From positions 96,243-160,242 of the forward strand of contig JBDRYB010000002.1 of NCBI GenBank assembly GCA_039803205.1: 64,000 nt of DNA, given 5' to 3'. The DNA comes from a candidate division WOR-3 bacterium. Lineage in GTDB: Bacteria > Hydrothermota > Hydrothermia > JBDRYB01. Each line of letters opens with the position of its first letter. The first letter of the stretch is position 1. Of this stretch, positions 1-7,838 are shown piece after piece. The notes under the pieces are model-generated. The model was not told the DNA's origin. It ran no database searches and saw only the letters and a program-made list of their open reading frames with translations. The translations under genes were made by a program, and so were the position numbers.

Positions 1-299
1 TCATACATGGCCCCAACAGCTAAGGTTGTGAGCAGAGTGAGAACAAAAAGAGCGATGTTTATCCAAACCCGGGTGCCTTTCGTTTTAACCCTCGGGAGGA
101 GAATAGCCCTTACGGTCCCGTCCTCCTTCTGGTTTATGTGGAGGTAGAAACCCCGGTGGTTTGCTTCCACGACGAACATCTCAGCGTTTTCCTTCTGAGG
201 CGGCCTCATATAACCCTCAAAGATGAGCATACCATCCGGAAGGGCCTCCTTGTAAATGATCTCCATGAACCTACCAACGAGGGTTTCTATCTCTTCCAT
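1..299 (-). CDS. Probable site-2 protease (M50) family membrane protein, N-terminal part (runs off window)
   Basis: Own translation from ATG 299: MEEIETLVGRF...RVWINIALFVLTLLTTLAVGAMY. The 'NIALFVLTLLTT' segment is typical of S2P/M50 N-termini; the HExxH motif would lie outside the window. Overlaps the stop of the upstream gene. Confidence 0.55.
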   Translation of the reverse strand, partial: MEEIETLVGRFMEIIYKEALPDGMLIFEGYMRPPQKENAEMFVVEANHRGFYLHINQKEDGTVRAILLPRVKTKGTRVWINIALFVLTLLTTLAVGAMY

Positions 300-1042
300 A
301 TGACCTCAACTATGTCCCCAACAGAAAGCCCAAGAGCCGCGGAGGCATCCCCTTCCCTAACAGATAACTCGAGAAATCCGCCTGAGCCTATCAGGGCTAG
401 TGGCTGGCCCCTCTCAGCATCCCCGTATGTCCTCGCAGGGTGAATCTCCACTCCACCAGCGAGAACGACAAAGCCCTTACCCTCAACCATGCTGGCTGGC
501 ACATCGGTTATCAGGTTCCCGAACCTGTCCCTCATTATCACCCTTCCCCTTATTCCCCCCTCTGTCTCCCTGGGCGACAGGAAAGCGCAATGGAGAGGTG
601 AAGGGCATGGGTGGCCGAGATTTTCGGGTTTCTCTCCCAAGGCAAGCGCCCGGGCCGCTGGAGCAAAGACATCCCTCGCGTGGAATGTAGGGGAGGCAGT
701 AGGGGGGACCGGGATCTCAAAAGCCCGGAAATTCTCATCCATGAATGGAGATAGTATCCCATTATCCGGAGCCACGAAAAAATAATCGTGCCACGACGCG
801 ACAAGGGCCTTTCTGGATGTTCCAACCCCCGGATCAACGACAGCTAGAAAGACCGAACCAGCCGGAAAATACCTCCAGGATGTAAAAAGCACATAAGCAC
901 CAGCCCTTATGTCCTCAGGGGGAATCTCGTGGCACAGGTCTATGACGGGAATACCCGAGAGCACGCCCTTTACCTGACCAACGTACGCGCTGGCGGGCCC
1001 GAAATCCGAGAGGAAGACCACAAACCTGTCTGACACACTCAT
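287..1042 (-). CDS. SAM hydroxide adenosyltransferase (DUF62, chlorinase/fluorinase family)
   Basis: Motifs LSDFG..YVGQVKG, IDLCHEI, AVVDPGVGTSR, APDNG, TFHARDVFAP, DRFGNLIT. Start set at ATG 1042. Confidence 0.92.
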   Translation of the reverse strand: MSVSDRFVVFLSDFGPASAYVGQVKGVLSGIPVIDLCHEIPPEDIRAGAYVLFTSWRYFPAGSVFLAVVDPGVGTSRKALVASWHDYFFVAPDNGILSPFMDENFRAFEIPVPPTASPTFHARDVFAPAARALALGEKPENLGHPCPSPLHCAFLSPRETEGGIRGRVIMRDRFGNLITDVPASMVEGKGFVVLAGGVEIHPARTYGDAERGQPLALIGSGGFLELSVREGDASAALGLSVGDIVEVIWKR

Positions 1043-1201
1043 ATTATAAGGCACGCGAGGAAGGCTACGTCAACCACGGATTTTAGGGAGGCGGTCTATG
1101 ACCTCTGGCCATGCAGAAACATCCCGGGGGGTTGGGGCTAGCCATTTTGTTAACCAGGCACCAGGCCTTTGACTTGCATTATAATATTCCCCGGAGGAAA
1201 G

Positions 1202-2170
1202 ATGTTGGGAATTTTTGTGATTGTCCTTTCGTCCCAGAAGGACACCCTAATAGACCTCGGTGAGGCCCAGAGGCGAGCCGGCGCGATAATGGCCGCAGCG
1301 GCTTTCGGTAAGACCAAGGGCGGGATCTACGCTGATGCGTCGGCCGAGTTGGAGCCCATAGCGGCAAGGCTCTCTTCCTTGGGAAAACACGACGGCAAGG
1401 GGGGATTTACCTTCACTGATCCTGACTCAGCCGAAAAGGCCGCTCTCTATGTGAAGGGTGTTGAAGCCACAACAGGGGTGAATAGGTGCTTTAGCATCCT
1501 GAGCAAACAGATAGTCATATACCGCGCCCCAATCCAGGAGGCATACAGACCGGAGACCGAGGTAAAGATAGGAACAGCTACTCAGCTCTGGGTTGAGAAC
1601 CCTGAGGAATACAGGTATTTCAAGACCCTAGCGGATGCTTATGGGATAAAGTGGGGCGTGGACGAAAAGAGGGTTCGCCGGGGAGGCAAACCCCTGCCCG
1701 GGGACATGGTAGAGAAATGCAAGCTGGTGATGGAGCTCTGGGATGCCTACAGCAAGATAGAAACCACGAACGACACTTCCATGGTCATGGTCTATAAGAA
1801 GGACATAAAGTCAAAGGCAGAGGTCAACTTCAGCAAATCAGCGGAGCTCTTCAAGGGTTTTCTGCTCTCTGATAGCGTTTTCCAGATATACAACATATAC
1901 GCTGAGGAATCACCCATGAAGGCAAAAATAGGGGCCGAGATTACGGATCTCAGGGGGAGGGTTGATTTCTTCACGAGGTATCTAACCGAAGGCAGCTATC
2001 TCTTCCAGGAGGCAAGGCGGGAGCTGGTCACCGGACCCGACGGGACCCAAGCGATAAAAGAGACCCCGGAGAAGCGGGGAACCAGGTGGGACTTTATAAA
2101 GTGGTTCCTGCCGGATCTGGTGGATGTGACCCAGAGAACCCTGAGGGCTTTTGGAAAGACACTGAAATGA
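1202..2170 (+). CDS. Hypothetical secreted protein (paralog of next gene)
   Basis: GGAGG RBS before ATG 1202; short hydrophobic N-terminus; end-to-end similarity to 2167-3117. Confidence 0.75.
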   Translation: MLGIFVIVLSSQKDTLIDLGEAQRRAGAIMAAAAFGKTKGGIYADASAELEPIAARLSSLGKHDGKGGFTFTDPDSAEKAALYVKGVEATTGVNRCFSILSKQIVIYRAPIQEAYRPETEVKIGTATQLWVENPEEYRYFKTLADAYGIKWGVDEKRVRRGGKPLPGDMVEKCKLVMELWDAYSKIETTNDTSMVMVYKKDIKSKAEVNFSKSAELFKGFLLSDSVFQIYNIYAEESPMKAKIGAEITDLRGRVDFFTRYLTEGSYLFQEARRELVTGPDGTQAIKETPEKRGTRWDFIKWFLPDLVDVTQRTLRAFGKTLK

Positions 2171-3117
2171 TCACCCTAGCTTTGGTTTTATTCGCTGGCG
2201 CAAAGGACACCATTCCCCTCGCTGACATGCAACGCGCGGCCGGTGCCCTCGCTGGAGCCAACAAGGCCTGCCTGAAGCTGGGCGAACCATACGCTCGTTT
2301 GGCCGAGAGGTATCTTGATAGGCACACGGTCACCCTTGCCAATTGGGGGAAATACGACTCCATATCAGGAATGTATTCCTTCACTACCACTGGAACAGCC
2401 AAAGCCGCGAAGGAATATATGGAGAGAGCCGCTGTCAAAACCGATGTATACAACTTCTTCAACGAGCTATCCCTAGCGCAGAGGGTTCTGGGTGAGATAC
2501 CCCTGATCTCAGGCGGAGCAATAAAGGTCAAGGTTGCCGTGCACTGGCACCTGGCAAAGGAGAATCCCCAGGCATACGGCCTCATAAAGACCCTAGCGGA
2601 GATATACGGGGTCAGCTGGCCACCACCGCCAGGCCCAGCAACTGTCATGCCAGCCGATTACCTGACCAGGGTTATGACGGTCAAGGACTGGGTTCTCGCT
2701 GTTGATGCCATTCCTTTTGACCCCATGGACACGGTCTATGTGAGCGTTCTTACTGGGGATTTCAAAGCAAGGGTAAAGACGGGGTTCTCTGTGGGATGCG
2801 AGCTGCTGTTCTCATATTTCTCCGCGGATTCCCTTTACAGGGCATACGCCAATGACTCCCCCTATCCTATAATGGCAGGCGTCATGATGGATTCCCTCTC
2901 ATCCGAGGCCCTGAAATTCAAGGAATACCTGACCGTGGCCAAATATGTCTTTGAGCCGGCCGTTGACACCATGATAACGAATCCGGACGGAACCCAGACA
3001 TGGGTAAGACACCCTGAGAAGAAGGGAACAATGTGGGAGTTTATCTCAACATACCATCCGGACATAGCGCCTAGGACATCAGCCGCCATGAAGGCTTTGG
3101 GGGTGACGGTCCCTTAA
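2167..3117 (+). CDS. Hypothetical secreted protein (paralog of previous gene)
   Basis: ATGA overlap with upstream stop; signal-like MITLALVLFAGA; shared blocks ENP..Y...KTLA..YG..W and PDGTQ.....PEK.GT.W.FI. Confidence 0.75.
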   Translation: MITLALVLFAGAKDTIPLADMQRAAGALAGANKACLKLGEPYARLAERYLDRHTVTLANWGKYDSISGMYSFTTTGTAKAAKEYMERAAVKTDVYNFFNELSLAQRVLGEIPLISGGAIKVKVAVHWHLAKENPQAYGLIKTLAEIYGVSWPPPPGPATVMPADYLTRVMTVKDWVLAVDAIPFDPMDTVYVSVLTGDFKARVKTGFSVGCELLFSYFSADSLYRAYANDSPYPIMAGVMMDSLSSEALKFKEYLTVAKYVFEPAVDTMITNPDGTQTWVRHPEKKGTMWEFISTYHPDIAPRTSAAMKALGVTVP

Positions 3118-3701
3118 TGAGAATAAGGGAGGCCGGGCCTAAGGATGTTAAGGGGATAGTCAGCGTCCATATCTCCAACGCCTCTGTCTGGTATAATTCA
3201 AAAGGTAAGCCGACCAAAAGATCATACAAGTTCCTTAGTCCTTATGAAAGGCGGCTCTCTGGTGGGCCATGGATGGATGAGGGATTGTGCGAGAAGCACC
3301 TAAAAAATCTTATCGCTGTGGGAGGGATTGCTCTGGTAGCCGAGAAAACAGGAAAAATAATCGGCGAGGCCGAGATTATTCCCTCAGCAGAAAGAGAAGG
3401 AAACGCTTTACATATCTCTATTCTCTATGTCCACAAAGACTGCCGAGGCAAGGGAGTTGCTAGAAGGCTCCTGGAAGCAATTTCGGAAAGGGCACAAGCA
3501 AATGAGCAGGATATCCCCGTATGGTTCTGGACCCGGCATCACGATGATTGGGCCACACATTATCTACGGCAAGGTGGCATAAGCTCGCCTCATGAGTTTA
3601 TAATTTATCCGTGGCACTCAAGGACGATCTCGCGGCCCTATCAGCTGATAGCACCTCCGGCGCGGCAGAGCTGTTGCAGAAAGCCGCGACCATTGCCCTG
3701 A
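3117..3701 (+). CDS. GNAT N-acetyltransferase, probably 3'-truncated
   Basis: IREAG..D, LYVHKDCRGKGVARRLL acetyl-CoA motif. The tail after about aa 130 looks non-homologous and overlaps the next gene by 91 bp. Confidence 0.7.
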   Translation: MRIREAGPKDVKGIVSVHISNASVWYNSKGKPTKRSYKFLSPYERRLSGGPWMDEGLCEKHLKNLIAVGGIALVAEKTGKIIGEAEIIPSAEREGNALHISILYVHKDCRGKGVARRLLEAISERAQANEQDIPVWFWTRHHDDWATHYLRQGGISSPHEFIIYPWHSRTISRPYQLIAPPARQSCCRKPRPLP

Positions 3702-4393
3702 GATACGCTGGTTCTGTTCCCGCTGAGGAGATAGCAGATGGGCTTCTTGCCGCGAGGCCGGACATGGCCTCTGTCATAAACCTGGCACTTGAGCTCAGAC
3801 GCCACAGCTCAACCTCGGATGCCGAGGAGATAACCATGGCTTTTCTCCACGAGCACAGGAAGTTTTTCGCCAGAACGGTGAACGAGACAGCCAAGCTCTT
3901 GGACCACGGGGCAAGGGTTTTGACCTATTCTCGGTCAAGCACGGTCCTGGCCGCGTTTCTTGAGGCAAGGTCAAAAGGAAAATCCTTTGTTGTTTATCTC
4001 ACAGAAGGGAGGCCCGGAATGGAGGGGGTCAGCCTCGCGAGGGAGCTATCGGATGTGGGGATACCCGTTGTCCTCGGAACGGATTCGGCGGTGGCGGGTT
4101 TTGTTGCTGAGTGCAACATGATAGTCGTTGGAGCGGACGCGGTTGGGCCCGAACGCTTTTACAACAAGACAGGAACCCTTGGTCTCGCGCTCATATCAAG
4201 GGCTATGGACAAACCATTCTACCTATCCGTGAGCCGGGACAAACTGCTGACCCACGAGGGGATGTCGTATTACAGGGTCAGGGAGATGCCGGGGGAAGAG
4301 ATAGTATCCCCAGTGCCAGAGGGGGTGAGGGTGATCAACCGATACTTTGAGGCCGTTCCCGTTGAGCTGGTGACGAAGATGGTTGGGATATAG
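3611..4393 (+). CDS. eIF-2B alpha/beta/delta-like (IF-2B family) protein
   Basis: SGAAEL, RPDMASV, LTYSRSSTV, EGRP..EG, VGADAV, NKTGT, N.YFE motifs. Confidence 0.85.
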   Translation: MALKDDLAALSADSTSGAAELLQKAATIALRYAGSVPAEEIADGLLAARPDMASVINLALELRRHSSTSDAEEITMAFLHEHRKFFARTVNETAKLLDHGARVLTYSRSSTVLAAFLEARSKGKSFVVYLTEGRPGMEGVSLARELSDVGIPVVLGTDSAVAGFVAECNMIVVGADAVGPERFYNKTGTLGLALISRAMDKPFYLSVSRDKLLTHEGMSYYRVREMPGEEIVSPVPEGVRVINRYFEAVPVELVTKMVGI

Positions 4394-4428
4394 GGATAAC
4401 TGCGATCGTTCTCTCTCGTTCTTTGCCC

Positions 4429-5976
4429 TTACCGGACCACCGGCAAAACGCAGGAGGCTACTCCCTGTTTGTGCTCAAAGACAGCTATGTATATTCCCAC
4501 GGAAAGCCCCTCTGGCCTGAAGGCATATTTCCCAGGCTCCAGCGTTCCTGAAAAGAGCACAGACATGCGCCTACCGCCTGTGTCATATATGGAAAGGGAA
4601 CCCTCGGTTCTTCTGGATATAGAGAGGATTATCCCATCCGGCCCAAATACTATGGCGGGGCCAGCAAAACCTGGGATGCCGTAGTCCTCGTATGCAAGAA
4701 GCCCGCACCCGGAGGCGCCGTCCGTGTCATCAAGGAGAAAAGCCGCATCCACTCCGTTCGTTGTGCCAACTAGGAGTTCCGCACAGCCATCACCATCAAC
4801 ATCAGCATTTGATGGGTCATGGATGTCCCCGGAACTCAGATTGACGCTCCAAAGGAGGGTTCCGTCGGATCTCAGACACCAAAGGGGGTGTGGGTTCACG
4901 CCCGGGGCGGGAACGAGTATTTCCACCAGGTTGTCGCCATTTACATCACCGAGCGATGGAGACCTATGAACCCCGCATCCGCCCGGAACGGGCCATCTCC
5001 ACTCAACCGCCCCCGTGATGCCGTTAAGGCAGAAAACCGAATCCCCAGGGTTATCGGTTCCGGCAACTATCTCAACAACTCCGTCCCCGTCTATGTCAGC
5101 CGAGGCTGTCCCGGCAGGCTGTGAGGGGTATGAGGCGCCTATGTATGTGTTCCAGAGGGTTATTCCATTTCTGTCCACGCAATAGACCCTACCCGCGTCA
5201 GAGTGGTGTATGACATCAAGGTGGCCATCGCCGTTCGCGTCTATTATGGTTGGCATGGAATAGTGTCCACCGGCCGCGGGATTCGTCCATAAAACAGAAC
5301 CGTCCTCACCGTTCAAGAGAAAGAGAGCTGAGGTTGATGATATTGCTATCTCCCATCTGCCATCCTCATCAACATCCGCTATAGCGGGAGCCACATCACA
5401 ATCCCCTTGGAGCCAGAGCGCGCGTTCCGTCGCACCGGTGGCCGCGTTCAGCCAGTAGAGGGTATCGTTGGCAGAACCAACTATGACCTCAAGATTGCCA
5501 TCCTGATCTATGTCAATGATCTTAGGGGAGGGATACCCACTTATCACTGTGGAGGGCCTTGACCAGAGAACAGATCCGTTCAGGCCAGAAAGGGCCTCTA
5601 TTCCGCCGGTGAACTGATGAGTGATCACTATGTCCAGCGTTCCATCCGCGTTCAGATCCTCTAAGGCTGGTTGTCCCAATATATGCGCGCCACCGGTGGA
5701 AACGAGCCACTGAGCTAAGCCAGAAATCCCGTCAACCAGAGCGACCTGGCCCGTCCCGTAGCTCGCTACAACAACCTCCAACTGCGGGTCAGCGTCAAAC
5801 TGCGCTACCGAGAGAGCATTCTCCGGAAAGCTCGCGCCGCCGTATGTCCAGACTATGTCAGGGGGAGCACTCATGCTTCCCCTGAGCGGGGAGAAGTGGG
5901 TGTTCGCCAGGTCACGGCCATACATGGGCCACCAGGCAGGGTTCTGGGAAGCTACTAAGAGCATCGCACAAAACAT
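4429..5976 (-). CDS. Secreted FG-GAP/PQQ-like beta-propeller protein with T9SS-like C-terminal domain
   Basis: WPMYGRD..NT N-terminus; repeated P...D(L/I/V)(N/D)GDG..E(I/V); C-terminal IYDTGGR...GIY...VVR. Confidence 0.8.
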   Translation of the reverse strand: MFCAMLLVASQNPAWWPMYGRDLANTHFSPLRGSMSAPPDIVWTYGGASFPENALSVAQFDADPQLEVVVASYGTGQVALVDGISGLAQWLVSTGGAHILGQPALEDLNADGTLDIVITHQFTGGIEALSGLNGSVLWSRPSTVISGYPSPKIIDIDQDGNLEVIVGSANDTLYWLNAATGATERALWLQGDCDVAPAIADVDEDGRWEIAISSTSALFLLNGEDGSVLWTNPAAGGHYSMPTIIDANGDGHLDVIHHSDAGRVYCVDRNGITLWNTYIGASYPSQPAGTASADIDGDGVVEIVAGTDNPGDSVFCLNGITGAVEWRWPVPGGCGVHRSPSLGDVNGDNLVEILVPAPGVNPHPLWCLRSDGTLLWSVNLSSGDIHDPSNADVDGDGCAELLVGTTNGVDAAFLLDDTDGASGCGLLAYEDYGIPGFAGPAIVFGPDGIILSISRRTEGSLSIYDTGGRRMSVLFSGTLEPGKYAFRPEGLSVGIYIAVFEHKQGVASCVLPVVR

Positions 5977-6095
5977 TCCACACCTCCTCTTTGCTAGCGC
6001 GGATATTATAGTAGCTTTCCGTGGAGTAAGTCAATAAGCTGGGTTCACCTGCGTGGTTTTTGTCCCCCTTTACGCGTTCGGTTTATAATCTGAGC

Positions 6096-6896
6096 ATGAA
6101 ACTGCTCGTTCCTACCGATTTTTCTCCTTATTCTGACAGAGCCCTGGAACTGGCAGATCTCATTGCCAGAAAAACCAAGGGGGAGATAACCCTCCTGAAT
6201 GTGATATATGACCTCAGGGAATCGCCTCTGTTCCCAACAATAGTAAGCGGCATTGTTGCCGAGAGCCTTGAGGCGAGGAGAAAAGAAAACCTCACCAGGC
6301 TGAGGGAAATAGCCGAGACCAATCCCTTGATCAAAATGACAATCGCCGAATTCGGGGAAGCGCACAGGGTAATCCTTGAGCGCGGATCATCTTGCGACCT
6401 GATCGTCATGGGAACAAGGGGGATACACGGGCTTTCTGGCGCTTTGGTTGGTTCTGTGACCCTTAGGGTCCTTAGAAAGGCTGTGGTTCCATTGATAACG
6501 GTCAGGGAAAAGGTTCCAAATGACATAAAGAAGGTGGTGGCGGCCACGGATACATCAGAGGTTTCCGGCAAGGCCCTGAACGCGGCAATTGCCCTGGCAA
6601 GGGCCGTGGGTGCTGAGATGATCCCTGTTTACATAGACACCATAGCCAGATATGTCTCTGAGGGCAAGGTCTATTGGCAGAGGGTCGTAGAACGCGTCTC
6701 AGCGATATCCGAGTGCAAGGATTGCAAAATATATCAATCAGATAGCCCTGTTCGCGGGATAATTGAGTTCTCAGAGCGCGAGGGAGCTGACCTCATAACC
6801 GTAGGAGCACGAGGGCTTTCTGGGATCCGTGAGGTGGTCGGAAGCACGGCAATAGGCGTTATGTCCTCCGCCTCAGCCCCTGTAATGGTGGTTTGA
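6096..6896 (+). CDS. Universal stress protein (tandem Usp domains)
   Basis: LLVPTDFSPYS, DLIVMGTRG...GSVT; second domain VAATDTS, DLITVGARG...GSTA. Confidence 0.92.
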   Translation: MKLLVPTDFSPYSDRALELADLIARKTKGEITLLNVIYDLRESPLFPTIVSGIVAESLEARRKENLTRLREIAETNPLIKMTIAEFGEAHRVILERGSSCDLIVMGTRGIHGLSGALVGSVTLRVLRKAVVPLITVREKVPNDIKKVVAATDTSEVSGKALNAAIALARAVGAEMIPVYIDTIARYVSEGKVYWQRVVERVSAISECKDCKIYQSDSPVRGIIEFSEREGADLITVGARGLSGIREVVGSTAIGVMSSASAPVMVV

Positions 6897-7813
6897 GCCG
6901 GCTCGCGTTATCAACCAGCTGGAACGCCCGGCGCATGGCCACGGGCGCTGAGGTCGTGGATTCCATCATCGGCCTGGGAATAACGAGCCTTGAGCTCTCA
7001 TACAACCTTGAGCCAGACATGGCATGCGATGTAATCGCGCGCATAGGGGAAACAGGGGCCACGCTTGTTTCCCTCCATCATCCCTGCCCCATGCCCGCGG
7101 GCTTTACGAAGGACCAGGCCTCAGGGGAGATCTACAACCCAGCCTCATTTGAAGAAGAGGAAAGAACGCTCGCAGTCAAGAGCCTCATGAGAACCCTTGA
7201 GTTCGCGGCTGAAAATGGGGTTAGGATCGTTATCCTCCACGCGGGAAACATCCCCGAAACGCGAGAAGCTGAGCATGAGATGGCTGAGCTGTTCAAGGAA
7301 GGGAACGAGTCCTGGCTCCGGATGAGGGACGATCTGCTTCGGGAAAGACAGAGGCAGATGTCAGCGCGGCTCAGTGCCCTGATGCGCGTCCTAGATGAGG
7401 TCGTCTTTGGATACGAAGAAGCTGGGGTCAGCCTCGCGATTGAAAACCGTTATTACATAACGGATATACCGGATATTGAAGAAACAGCTAGGCTCCTTGA
7501 GAGCTACCCTCCCCTCCTATACTGGCACGATACGGGCCACGCTCGAGCGCGGGCGTGCTGGGGCCTTGAGGGGGAATATGACGCGCTGAAGGAATTCCGG
7601 GAGCGTCTCGCTGGCTATCACATCCACGACGCGGAGGGCCATAGGGATCACAAGGCCCCTGGCAAGGGAGACATTGATTTCGCTGAGATCCTCAGGCTTG
7701 GCGGAACCGGAGGCAAGGCCCTCGTGCTTGAGCCTGGAAGATGGGTTAAAGAGGAGGACCTGCGAAATGGTATAACCCTGCTTGAGGATATCCTGAGAAG
7801 GGTAGGGACATAA
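6893..7813 (+). CDS. Sugar phosphate isomerase/epimerase (AP endonuclease 2 / xylose-isomerase-like TIM barrel)
   Basis: LAIENR, WHDTGH, YHIHD, DHKAPGKGDIDF, VLE metal-binding motifs. Confidence 0.85.
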   Translation: MSRLALSTSWNARRMATGAEVVDSIIGLGITSLELSYNLEPDMACDVIARIGETGATLVSLHHPCPMPAGFTKDQASGEIYNPASFEEEERTLAVKSLMRTLEFAAENGVRIVILHAGNIPETREAEHEMAELFKEGNESWLRMRDDLLRERQRQMSARLSALMRVLDEVVFGYEEAGVSLAIENRYYITDIPDIEETARLLESYPPLLYWHDTGHARARACWGLEGEYDALKEFRERLAGYHIHDAEGHRDHKAPGKGDIDFAEILRLGGTGGKALVLEPGRWVKEEDLRNGITLLEDILRRVGT

Positions 7814-7838
7814 TCCGAAAAGCCGCAGAACGCGGTTA

